Source: Gemmatimonadota bacterium (lineage in GTDB: Bacteria; Gemmatimonadota; Gemmatimonadetes; Gemmatimonadales; GWC2-71-9). From it: 64,000 bases of DNA. The stretch is taken from contig JAZKBR010000005.1 in the NCBI GenBank assembly GCA_040388535.1, positions 2,938 to 66,937 of the forward strand, written 5' to 3'. Made by a program: the position numbers and the translations under genes. The notes under the pieces are model-generated. The model was not told where the DNA came from and searched no databases. It saw nothing but the letters and a program-made list of their open reading frames with translations. This document shows positions 18,519 through 26,815 of this stretch, piece after piece (positions within the stretch are counted from its first letter, which is position 1; each line of letters starts with the position of its first letter).

Positions 18519-20942
18519 ATGACGCAATCACCTGGAGATTCGCAAGCCCCGCCGCCCGACGGCGACCGACTGCGCCAGCGGCTCGCGCTGGCCGTCGGCA
18601 GTTCGCTGCGGATCGAGCGCGAACTGCTCGGCGGCGGGATGTCCCGGGTCTTCGTGGCCGCCGACATCGCCCTTGGCCGAAAGGTCGTGATCAAGGTCTT
18701 CTCATCTGCGGGGGGCGTCTCCCCCGAGCGCTTCCATCAGGAAATGCTGCTCTCCGCGTCGCTGCACCATCCGCATATCGTCCCGATTCTCGCCGCCGGT
18801 GTCTTCGACGACTGCCCCTGGTATTCGATGCCGTTCGTCGAGGGGCGCTCGCTGCGGGAGCGGATGACGGCCGAAGGGCAGCTCCCGATTCGCGACGTGT
18901 TGCGCATTCTTCGCGACGTCGGCCGGGCGTGCAGCCACGCGCACGCCCACGGGATCGTGCATCGCGATATCAAGCCCGAAAATGTGCTGCTCGCAGGCGA
19001 TGCCGCCATGATCATCGACTTCGGGATCGCCAAGGCGCTGGGTGCGGCGCTCACCGGCAACGCGAGTCAACCCGGGCTTACCCGTGTCGGCTTTACCCTC
19101 GGCACGCCGACATACATGGCCCCCGAGCAGGCGTCGGCCGATCCCGCGCTCGATCACCGCGCCGACCTCTACGCCATTGGTGTCGTTGCCTTCGAACTCC
19201 TTGCCGGGCGGCCCCCTTTCCAGGGCGCCTCGTCGCACGAGATCCTCAAGGCGCACATCGCCGATCCGGTTCCCGACCTTTCGCGTGTGCGCGCGAACAC
19301 GCCGCCGCCGCTCGTCGCGCTCATCGAACGTTGTCTCGCGAAATCGCCCGGTGGGCGCCCCGCATCGGCAGGGGAACTGGTAGAGCAGTTCGAAACCATT
19401 CTGGGCGCCAGTGGCAGCTCGGAGCGCATTGTCGCAACCGGCCGGTTACGCTGGGGCAAGCGGATCATCGCCGGAGCAATTCTGACGGTAGCGCTCGCCG
19501 TCGCCGTTCCGGCGGTGCGGCGATTTGCTTCGGTCTCCTCCGCGACGGTCGCTCCCGTGAAGCTCGCCTCGATCGCGGTACTTCGTTTCGTCCCGCGGGG
19601 CGACGACAGCGCGAGCAAGTGGCTGGCCGATGGCCTGAGTGATGATCTCGCCGCGCAGCTGGCAACAACGCCCGGGCTACGCATTGCGTCACGAATGAGC
19701 GTCGATCAGGTCGGACGCGCGGACCTCTCTCCCCGACGGATGGCCGAGACGCTGGGCGTGAAGACGCTGCTCGATGGCGTCGTGCGGCGCGAGGGGAACG
19801 AGCTCCGGATCATCGCGCAACTGGTCGAAGGTCCGACGGGCGAGGTGCTCTGGACTGGCACCTTCAGGGGGACGCCGAGCGACGCAGGGCGTTTTGTGGA
19901 GCAGGTTCTCGGCAATGTCCGCGGCGTGCTGCTCGACTCGGCGGCTGCGGCACAATCGACCACGCCGGCGGTGCGTGATCCTGCGGCGTACGCCGACTAT
20001 CTCCGTGGTCGCGCCCTGGTCGGGACGCGTCGCGACACGGCGATTGTGCAGGCGGTCTCGGCGTTCGAGTCGGCGGTGCGCCGGGACTCCACGCTGGTGG
20101 CCGGGTGGTCGGGACTCGCCGAAGCGCTGATGCTGCTGCCGCTCTACGCCAATGTGCCCACTCGCGACGTTGCGCCATCCGCGGAACGCGCACTCGCGCG
20201 GGCGCTGGCCCTCCGACCCGATGATCCGGGAGCGATCCTGATCCGCGGGTTACTCTACCGATCGCAATGGCGCTGGGCGATGGCGGAAACGGACTTGCGC
20301 CATGCAGTGCTCTTGAGCGGCACCGCATCGGCACGCCAGGCGCTGGGCGAGCTGTTGCTGGTGCGTGGTCGGAGCAGCGAAGCACTCGCACAATTCGATT
20401 CTGCAAGTGCAGTCGAGCCCTCAGCGCCATTGCCCTGGGCGCTTGCCGGCGTCGCGCACGCCTTGCTCGGCCAGAGGGCGGAGGCCGACCGCGCACTCAC
20501 TCGGGCGCGGGCCGCGGACTCGGCCAACCCTTCCATCCACTTTCTGGGCGGCGCCGCCTTGCTCTACCTCGATCGCGATCGCGACGGACTCGTCGAGTTG
20601 CAGCTCGCGAGCCGGCTCGCGCCGCGTCAGCCGTTGTTGCGGGGGCTGCTGGCCCAGGCGCTTGCGCGCCGTGGCGACAGTAACGGCGCGCGACGGGAGC
20701 GCGATGCGCTTCGCAGCCTGGCAGGGGAGGCTGGCGTCGCAGGTGGGCTGCTGCACGCGGAGCTGGCAGTGGGAGATACTGCGGCAGCGATCACGGCGCT
20801 CGAGCGAGCGGTCAAGGAGTCGGACCCGATCTTCACGTCCGAGCCGCTGAGTACGCCGCTGTTTCGGTCTATCGCAGGGAGTTCACGAACCCGTGAGGCG
20901 CTTCGGGTCGTCGGGCTGCTCCCGCCCCCAGGCGGGAGTTGA
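18519..20942 (+). CDS. Serine/threonine protein kinase with TM segment and C-terminal TPR-like region
   Basis: Hanks kinase motifs VIKV, HRDIKPENVLL, DFGIAK and YMAPEQ. A TM helix follows (IIAGAILTVALAVAV), then an Ala/Leu-rich repeat region. Confidence 0.9.
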   Translation: MTQSPGDSQAPPPDGDRLRQRLALAVGSSLRIERELLGGGMSRVFVAADIALGRKVVIKVFSSAGGVSPERFHQEMLLSASLHHPHIVPILAAGVFDDCPWYSMPFVEGRSLRERMTAEGQLPIRDVLRILRDVGRACSHAHAHGIVHRDIKPENVLLAGDAAMIIDFGIAKALGAALTGNASQPGLTRVGFTLGTPTYMAPEQASADPALDHRADLYAIGVVAFELLAGRPPFQGASSHEILKAHIADPVPDLSRVRANTPPPLVALIERCLAKSPGGRPASAGELVEQFETILGASGSSERIVATGRLRWGKRIIAGAILTVALAVAVPAVRRFASVSSATVAPVKLASIAVLRFVPRGDDSASKWLADGLSDDLAAQLATTPGLRIASRMSVDQVGRADLSPRRMAETLGVKTLLDGVVRREGNELRIIAQLVEGPTGEVLWTGTFRGTPSDAGRFVEQVLGNVRGVLLDSAAAAQSTTPAVRDPAAYADYLRGRALVGTRRDTAIVQAVSAFESAVRRDSTLVAGWSGLAEALMLLPLYANVPTRDVAPSAERALARALALRPDDPGAILIRGLLYRSQWRWAMAETDLRHAVLLSGTASARQALGELLLVRGRSSEALAQFDSASAVEPSAPLPWALAGVAHALLGQRAEADRALTRARAADSANPSIHFLGGAALLYLDRDRDGLVELQLASRLAPRQPLLRGLLAQALARRGDSNGARRERDALRSLAGEAGVAGGLLHAELAVGDTAAAITALERAVKESDPIFTSEPLSTPLFRSIAGSSRTREALRVVGLLPPPGGS

Positions 20943-21821
20943 ACCCACCGCCGGCGCCTTGGCATCGGGGAGCCCGAAATGCGCATCCGCGACTGCCGAT
21001 ATCCACTCGTGGTCGCGACGCCCCGCGCCCCGCAGTGCTTCCCGTCGCACCGACTTGCTGCGCAGAATCTCCGCTTCACCATTGGGATCGATCTGGAAGA
21101 CCGGCGAGGCCGGCCCGCTGAGCACCGAACGGATCTGTTCAGTTGCCGTATCGAGATAGCGTGCGATCAGCGGCTCCGACAATTCCCACCGGCTCTGTTC
21201 GGTCGCGACCTGCATGCCAAGTTGCCACGGGCGCGAGTCGGTGAGATGCACCATGCCGCGGAAGAGACGGCGGTTGGTGCGAACCGAGAAGATCGTCGGC
21301 GAAAGGATGCGCTCCAGATGCGCGTCGGCAGGACGGTGATCGAGCCGGAGCAGATCGCGCGCCGCCCGTGGCACTTCCTCGCCGAGCATCGATTCGACCC
21401 GGCTCTCCCAGTAGGTATGCCCCATCGTGCGGGTGCTGCTGGTGACCACGAGCTGGCGCGGCACGAAGTGATTGTGTGCCACTGTGTCGGCCGCGAGATG
21501 CGAGAGATAGCCCAGGCCAAACGCACTCAGGGCATCGCTCGGTGCGAGATCATACACTTCGCGACCGACGTGCCAGGCGTGACAGTGTCGATCGGCCGGA
21601 GCGTATTTCTTGGCCATCGTCGTGTCGGCCGCAATGTTGCCATAGAGAAAGTCGTACGGGAAGGCGCGTAACAGGTCGGCAACGGAGCCGGGGAGCAGGT
21701 GCAGGGAAGAGAGGATTCGTTCGCCGAGCACGACATGGGTGCCCGGCGTCCAGGCGTGCAGGGCATCCGGGAAGCAGAGTGCGATCGCTGCCACGATCAG
21801 CAGCGCCGCAAACTGGATCAC
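20883..21821 (-). CDS. Zinc-dependent phospholipase C-like family protein
   Basis: N-terminal HAWTPGTHV and later LSHLAADTVAHNHFVP His clusters, typical of the Zn-PLC-like fold. GTG start overlaps the upstream stop. Confidence 0.68.
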   Translation of the reverse strand: MIQFAALLIVAAIALCFPDALHAWTPGTHVVLGERILSSLHLLPGSVADLLRAFPYDFLYGNIAADTTMAKKYAPADRHCHAWHVGREVYDLAPSDALSAFGLGYLSHLAADTVAHNHFVPRQLVVTSSTRTMGHTYWESRVESMLGEEVPRAARDLLRLDHRPADAHLERILSPTIFSVRTNRRLFRGMVHLTDSRPWQLGMQVATEQSRWELSEPLIARYLDTATEQIRSVLSGPASPVFQIDPNGEAEILRSKSVRREALRGAGRRDHEWISAVADAHFGLPDAKAPAVGSTPAWGREQPDDPKRLTGS

Positions 21822-22303
21822 GCCGCGCCCCGACGACGCGGCAGGACCATGCGCCGCAGCCGTCCGATGACTCCGGTGCCGGTGCGAACAGTGCGGAGTG
21901 CCGCGCCAAGATCGAGCGCGGTCTCCTCGACCTCCTCTTGCACCACTTCGACCACCGCCTCGAAATCGGCGAGCCGCCGTCGCGCCCGGGTCACACTCTT
22001 CTCGACATCCTTCCTGAGGCGTCGCGTGGTGTAGATGATCTCGCGCACTTCCTCCTGGGCGAGTTCCACGACCTCCGCTCCACCAGTCCCGAGGCGATTG
22101 AGCGCCTGCAGGGTCGGTCCGAGGTCGCGACGCAACTCACCCAGCTCCTTGGCGAGCGACTGCCCTCGTTCCACCGCCTCCTTGAGCGTGAACGCCACGG
22201 CTGCGGCGATCCCGAGGAAACAGATTGCAATCAGTGCCAGTGAAATGGCCACGGTGGGCCCGATCCATTCAGCCATCAGCCTCTGCTCCTGTTGCAGGAT
22301 CAC
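21818..22303 (-). CDS. DUF948-like membrane-anchored coiled-coil protein
   Basis: A single N-terminal TM segment followed by helical repeats (LKEAVERGQSLAKELGELRRDLGPTLQALNRLG). Confidence 0.6.
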   Translation of the reverse strand: MILQQEQRLMAEWIGPTVAISLALIAICFLGIAAAVAFTLKEAVERGQSLAKELGELRRDLGPTLQALNRLGTGGAEVVELAQEEVREIIYTTRRLRKDVEKSVTRARRRLADFEAVVEVVQEEVEETALDLGAALRTVRTGTGVIGRLRRMVLPRRRGAA

Positions 22304-22371
22304 CTGAAATCTAACGTTTCCGGGTTGCGCCGCTTGCGGCTGTCACGCGAGCCGACGAGCTTTGCGGGACT

Positions 22372-23655
22372 ATGCCTCCACGCTTCGTGGTCACCGGCGG
22401 TCGCCAGCTTTCCGGCACGATCCGCCCCGCAGGAAACAAGAACGCGGCCCTGCCGGTCATCGCAGCCACGTTGCTCGCCGACGGGCCGGTCGCGCTCGAC
22501 AACATTCCCCGGATTCGCGATGTCGAGACGCTGCTCGAGATCATCGCCGACCTCGGGGCATCGGTCTCGTGGAACGGTCCCAACGCGCTGACCATCGATA
22601 CCCGGAATGTCCAGCCCAAACCGCTCGACCCGGTGCTCTGCACCCGGATTCGGGCGTCGATTCTTCTAGCGGGGCCCCTTCTCGCCCGGTTCGGGCAGGT
22701 CGTGCTTCCTCCGCCGGGTGGAGACGTGATTGGGCGTCGTCGCGTAGACACCCACTTCCTCGCGCTCGAGCGCCTCGGCGCGTCGGTGAGTGTGGGTGAT
22801 CGCTTCGAAATCTCCGCCAAACAGCTGGTGGGTGCCGAAATCTTCCTGGATGAGCCGAGTGTCACCGGGACCGAGAATGCCCTGATGGCGGCGGTGATGG
22901 CCAAGGGTCGGACGGTCCTGCGGAACGCTGCCTGCGAGCCGCACGTCCAGGACACCGCCCGCGTGCTGGTCGCGATGGGCGCGAAGATCGACGGGATCGG
23001 CAGCAACACCTACACCATCGAAGGAGGACTCCCACTCGGCGGCGCCAGCTACAGCATCGGGGCAGACCACATCGAGATCGGCTCCTTCATCGGCCTTGCA
23101 GCCGTGACCAACGGCCAGATCACGATCGAGGGAGTTCGCGCCGACGATTTGCGCAGCACCCTGCTCGGCTTCGACCGGCTCGGCATCCGGCCGCGCATCG
23201 ATGGCGACAATCTCATCGTCGATGCGGGTCAGGAGCGGCGCGTTCGCCCCGATCTCGGGGGACACGTCCCGAAGCTCGAAGACGGGCCGTGGCCAGCCTT
23301 CCCGGCCGACGTCATGTCGATTGCCATCGTTGCTGCTACCCAGTGCGAGGGGATGGTGCTGATCCACGAGAAGATGTTCGAGTCGCGACTCTTCTTCGTC
23401 GACAAGCTGGTGGGGATGGGGGCGCGGATCGTCCTCTGTGACCCGCACCGAGCGGTCATCAGCGGGCCTTCCGCCTTGCGCGGCAGCAAGGTCGAGTCGC
23501 CCGACATCCGCGCCGGCATGGCGATGCTGCTGGCGGCGCTCGCGGCCGAAGGGACCAGCACTATCCATAACATCGGGCAGATCGAGCGCGGCTACGAGAA
23601 GATCGACGTCCGGCTGCGCGCGCTCGGCGCCGAAATCGAGCGTGTCGACGACTGA
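22372..23655 (+). CDS. murA: UDP-N-acetylglucosamine 1-carboxyvinyltransferase
   Basis: The full-length MurA pattern is present ([16 protein letters not shown], ...[11 protein letters not shown]..., [16 protein letters not shown]). Confidence 0.97.
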   Translation: MPPRFVVTGGRQLSGTIRPAGNKNAALPVIAATLLADGPVALDNIPRIRDVETLLEIIADLGASVSWNGPNALTIDTRNVQPKPLDPVLCTRIRASILLAGPLLARFGQVVLPPPGGDVIGRRRVDTHFLALERLGASVSVGDRFEISAKQLVGAEIFLDEPSVTGTENALMAAVMAKGRTVLRNAACEPHVQDTARVLVAMGAKIDGIGSNTYTIEGGLPLGGASYSIGADHIEIGSFIGLAAVTNGQITIEGVRADDLRSTLLGFDRLGIRPRIDGDNLIVDAGQERRVRPDLGGHVPKLEDGPWPAFPADVMSIAIVAATQCEGMVLIHEKMFESRLFFVDKLVGMGARIVLCDPHRAVISGPSALRGSKVESPDIRAGMAMLLAALAAEGTSTIHNIGQIERGYEKIDVRLRALGAEIERVDD

Positions 23656-24406
23656 CGAGCTGCCCGTTCCGGGCGAACTCCCGCTCTGGGAAGTTCCGGG
23701 ATGGCGTGAGCGCTTCGGCGTGGTTGCCGGCATCACTGGCCGGGGCAGGGGCGAAGAGCCGTTTGACCTCGGCCTCTGGGGCCGCGCTCAGGTGGGCGCA
23801 GTGATGGGGCGCTGGCGTCAGTTCCTGAGCCATTTCGCTGATTTCCCCGGGGCGCTTCTGGCCCACCAGGTCCACGGCGGTCGGGTACTCTGCCACGAAT
23901 CGGCTCCCGCCGGCTGGACCCTCTTCGAGGGCGCCGACGGCCACGTCACCAGCCAGCCCGGCCGGCTGCTGCTCGTGACAGTGGCTGATTGTGTCCCGGT
24001 CTATCTCGTGGCTCCCCGACAGCGCGCAGTCGCCCTCCTCCACGCCGGCTGGCGCGGCACCGCGGCAGGAATCCTGGCCAACGGGGTCGCCCTGCTGGGG
24101 GCGCGCACCGGCGCCCGCCCCGAGGAAATCGTCGGCCACGCCGGGGTGGCCATCTCCGGGCCATGCTACGAGGTGGGCGCCGAGGTGATGACCGGCGTCG
24201 GGGAGCAGGCTTTGGGGCCCGGGCCGTGGCATCTCGACCTCAGGTCAGTTCTCAAGTCGCAAGCGGAAACCATTGGAATCAGAGAGTTTACGCTCTCGAC
24301 GCACTGCACCTCCAGAGAGCGTGCTGACTTCTTCTCCCACCGGGGGAGTGGCGGGGCTGATGGGAGGATGGTGGCGTACTTGGGACTACCAGAGACCAGA
24401 GACTAG
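23642..24406 (+). CDS. pgeF: Peptidoglycan editing factor PgeF / YfiH (DUF152) family
   Basis: Motifs [15 protein letters not shown] and HCT...FFSHRG. GTG start at 23642 overlaps murA by 14 nt. The stop codon lies inside the heptad repeat. Confidence 0.85.
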   Translation: MSTTDELPVPGELPLWEVPGWRERFGVVAGITGRGRGEEPFDLGLWGRAQVGAVMGRWRQFLSHFADFPGALLAHQVHGGRVLCHESAPAGWTLFEGADGHVTSQPGRLLLVTVADCVPVYLVAPRQRAVALLHAGWRGTAAGILANGVALLGARTGARPEEIVGHAGVAISGPCYEVGAEVMTGVGEQALGPGPWHLDLRSVLKSQAETIGIREFTLSTHCTSRERADFFSHRGSGGADGRMVAYLGLPETRD

Positions 24407-24548
24407 AGACTAGAGACTAGAGACTAGTGTCCAGAGACTAGAGACGCGTGGCCTGTTTGCCGAGCCCGCTTCGCGGGCTCAACTCAGGCCGACAACGTAC
24501 GAAGCCTGTCTCTAGTCTCTAGTCTCTCATCTCTAGTCTCCTCTCTAG
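24385..24548. repeat. Composite inverted repeat built from tandem heptads (AGAGACT)n / (AGTCTCT)n with a nested central hairpin
   Basis: The left arm (24391-24446) has 8 heptads, 5 of them exact AGAGACT. The right arm (24508-24548) is its reverse complement, about 6 heptads. The 61-nt centre holds GGCCTG/CAGGCC (24450-55 / 24485-90) and GAGCCCG-CTTCG-CGGGCTC (24462-24480). There are nine CTAG sites. Confidence 0.9.
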
Positions 24549-24578
24549 TTGACCTCCCGCCCGCTTCGGCGCTATCTT
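24549..24578 (+). promoter_or_regulatory. Candidate sigma70-like promoter of the rimP-nusA-infB operon
   Basis: TTGACC (24549-54), an 18-nt spacer, then TATCTT (24573-78). It lies immediately after the inverted repeat and 87 nt before the rimP GTG. Confidence 0.35.
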
Positions 24579-24611
24579 CAGGTGCTGGGGGAACTTGCGT
24601 GCAGTCGGCGA

Positions 24612-24644
24612 GTGTCGGGTTTCCCCCGACATTTTTTCTTTTTT
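24612..24644 (+). terminator. Intrinsic-terminator-like hairpin plus U-tract in the rimP leader (candidate attenuator)
   Basis: Stem TGTCGGG (24613-19) pairs with CCCGACA (24625-31), with a 5-nt loop. It is followed by TTTTTTCTTTTTT (24632-44), the only long T-run I noticed in this GC-rich window. Confidence 0.6.
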
Positions 24645-24664
24645 ACCCCCTACCGGGTCCGGAC

Positions 24665-25162
24665 GTGACCACCACCGATCTCAGCCCAGAGGCGCTCCGC
24701 GCCGCCGTGGATGACCTCGGATTCGAACTGGTGGACGTTCGCATCGCTGGTTCGGCGACACGCCGAATCGTGCGATTGCGCATTGACGTGCCCGGTGGCG
24801 GACGACGTGGTCACGGCATCACGAGCAGCGATTGCGAGACCGTGTCGCGCGCGCTGGAGCAGCAGCTCGAGATCGCCGGCGTCGTGGGGCCGGCGTGGAC
24901 CCTCGAGGTCTCGTCGCCGGGTATCGAACGGCCGATCCGTTTCGTCGAGCACTGGCGCCGCTACATCGGGCGGGCGATCCGCATCAAGGCCGCTGGAGTT
25001 CCGGGGCAGCAACAGGCACGCATCACCGCTGTCCCCGACGATTTGCACGTGACACTCGAGCTGGGCGGGGCACCCGTCACGCTGTCCCTTGAGGCGATCA
25101 AGGAGGCCACCCTGGTGGTCGACTGGTCAACCGCTGGTAACCGGGAAGCAGGAGAATCGTAG
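24665..25162 (+). CDS. rimP: Ribosome maturation factor RimP
   Basis: From the GTG at 24665 the N-terminus (LSPEALRAAVDDLGFELVDVRI) aligns with the usual RimP start. An in-frame GTG at 24599 is also possible. nusA follows directly. Confidence 0.85.
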   Translation: MTTTDLSPEALRAAVDDLGFELVDVRIAGSATRRIVRLRIDVPGGGRRGHGITSSDCETVSRALEQQLEIAGVVGPAWTLEVSSPGIERPIRFVEHWRRYIGRAIRIKAAGVPGQQQARITAVPDDLHVTLELGGAPVTLSLEAIKEATLVVDWSTAGNREAGES

Positions 25163-26485
25163 ATGGCGACGTCCGCCGAAATGCTGTCGGCCTTCCGTGA
25201 ATTGTCGAACACGAAGCAGCTTGAGCGCTCGGAACTGCTCGATCTGTTGCGCGACGGCATTCACGCCGCGCTGATGAAGAAGTACGGTCCGAATGTCCGC
25301 TTCGAGCTCAATGTCGACGAGCTGCAGGGGACGCTCTCGGTTACCCGGCTCCGGCAGGTGGTCGACGCGGTCGAGGATTCGAGCGCGCAGGTCTCGGTCG
25401 AAGAGGCGCGCTTCGAGGATCCCGACTTCCAGGTCGGCGATGTCCTCGAGGAAGAAGTGCCCTTCGAGACTTTCGGCCGGCTCGCGGTGCAGGCCGCGAA
25501 GCAGCGGATCATCCAGCGGGTCCGCGAAGGCGAGCGCAATCGCATCCGCGACGAGTTCACCAGCAAGGTCGGTGAGCTGCTCTCCGGCGAGATCCAGCAG
25601 GTCGAGCGCGGCAAGTTCGTGATCATGCTCAATCGCTTCCGCGAAGCCGAAGCGATCGTGCCGTACCGCGAACAGAATCATCGCGAGCACTTCCATCAGG
25701 GCGACACCATTCGCGCCGTGTTGAAGCGCATCGAGGAAACGCCCAAGGGCCCGCGACTCATTCTCTCGCGCGGCGACCCGCTCTTCGTGGTCGCACTGTT
25801 CAAGCTGGAAGTGCCCGAGATCCAGCAGGGCATCGTGGAAGTCCGCGGCATCGCCCGCGAAGTCGGCTCCCGCACCAAGGTTGCCGTCATCTCACGTGAT
25901 GACGCCATCGACCCGGTCGGCGCCTGCGTCGGTCTCAAGGGATCGCGCGTGCAGGCCGTGGTGAACGAACTCGGCGGCGAGCGGATCGATATCGTCCCCT
26001 GGTCGCCCGATCCCGAGCGCTTCGCGCGCCTGGCGCTGGCGCCCGCGCGCGTGGCCAAGGTCTTCTCCGATCCGGCCACCAAGACGATTCAGGCCGTCGT
26101 CGACGAAGACCAGCTCTCGCTGGCGATCGGCCGCAACGGGCAGAACGTTCGCCTCGCATCGGAGCTGACGGGCTGGAAGATCGACCTCTATTCGAGCCGC
26201 GAATGGCTCGAGCGCGGGGGCGAAGGCCCGCTCTTCTCGCCGATCGCGGCCGAGGACGATCCCGAAGCGCGCGTCCCGCTGGCGCAGCTCGAAGGGCTGT
26301 CCCCGGAGCTCGTGGCGATTCTTGATCAGGCCGGCTTCTCGGCGCTGAATGATGTGATCGATCTGGAGTCCGACGACATCGAGCGGATTCCCGGCATGAC
26401 CCCCGGCATCACCGAGGAGCTGTTGAAGTTCCTGTCGGAGCTGACCGAGGAGGAGCCCGAGGGTGGAGACGCCCCCGCGGCCTGA
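25163..26485 (+). CDS. nusA: Transcription termination/antitermination factor NusA
   Basis: NusA N-terminal domain, S1 domain (GDTIRAVLKRIEE) and KH domains (ACVGLKGSRVQAV, AIGRNGQNVRLAS). Confidence 0.97.
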   Translation: MATSAEMLSAFRELSNTKQLERSELLDLLRDGIHAALMKKYGPNVRFELNVDELQGTLSVTRLRQVVDAVEDSSAQVSVEEARFEDPDFQVGDVLEEEVPFETFGRLAVQAAKQRIIQRVREGERNRIRDEFTSKVGELLSGEIQQVERGKFVIMLNRFREAEAIVPYREQNHREHFHQGDTIRAVLKRIEETPKGPRLILSRGDPLFVVALFKLEVPEIQQGIVEVRGIAREVGSRTKVAVISRDDAIDPVGACVGLKGSRVQAVVNELGGERIDIVPWSPDPERFARLALAPARVAKVFSDPATKTIQAVVDEDQLSLAIGRNGQNVRLASELTGWKIDLYSSREWLERGGEGPLFSPIAAEDDPEARVPLAQLEGLSPELVAILDQAGFSALNDVIDLESDDIERIPGMTPGITEELLKFLSELTEEEPEGGDAPAA

Positions 26486-26801
26486 CGGCAATGATCGCGT
26501 CCTCGCCCTGCTCGGGCTGGGCGCGGCCGGTGGCAATGTGGTGGCCGGTGTCGACGGAACCCGCGCGTTCCTGAAACGGCAGAAGTGTTTCGCGGTGGTG
26601 CTCGCGGAGGATGCGTCGCCCCGCGCGATGGAAAAGGTGAAGCGACTGGCAGTGGCCACCGGAATCCCGATTGTCATCGGGCCCTCGGCCGACCGGATGG
26701 GGCAACGCCTCGGGCGCCCGCCGGTGATGGTGGTAGGAGTGAAGGACCGAGCGTTGGCGGCGGGAATTCTCGCGGCGAGTGCGCCTCGGGACGGGACCTG
26801 A
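26463..26801 (+). CDS. L7Ae/YlxQ-family RNA-binding protein
   Basis: LALLGLGAAGGNVVAGVDGTRAFLKRQKCFAVVLAEDASPRAMEKV matches the YlxQ/L7Ae pattern, and the gene sits in the usual nusA-infB position. GTG start overlaps nusA by 23 nt. Confidence 0.7.
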   Translation: METPPRPDGNDRVLALLGLGAAGGNVVAGVDGTRAFLKRQKCFAVVLAEDASPRAMEKVKRLAVATGIPIVIGPSADRMGQRLGRPPVMVVGVKDRALAAGILAASAPRDGT

Positions 26802-26815
26802 CGGAGGAGTGGTTA

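Noticed and set aside
24385-24548. Whether the heptad array could be a CRISPR array.
   Set aside because: The 7-nt units are contiguous with no spacers, the arms are inverted copies of each other, and no cas genes are present. It is reported as a repeat instead.
26585-26815. A long infB start at 26585, which would give a 1029-aa protein.
   Set aside because: The extension overlaps the YlxQ-like gene out of frame and is Gly/Arg-rich. The GTG at 26816 has a GGAGGAG SD and yields the conserved IF2 N-terminal domain directly.
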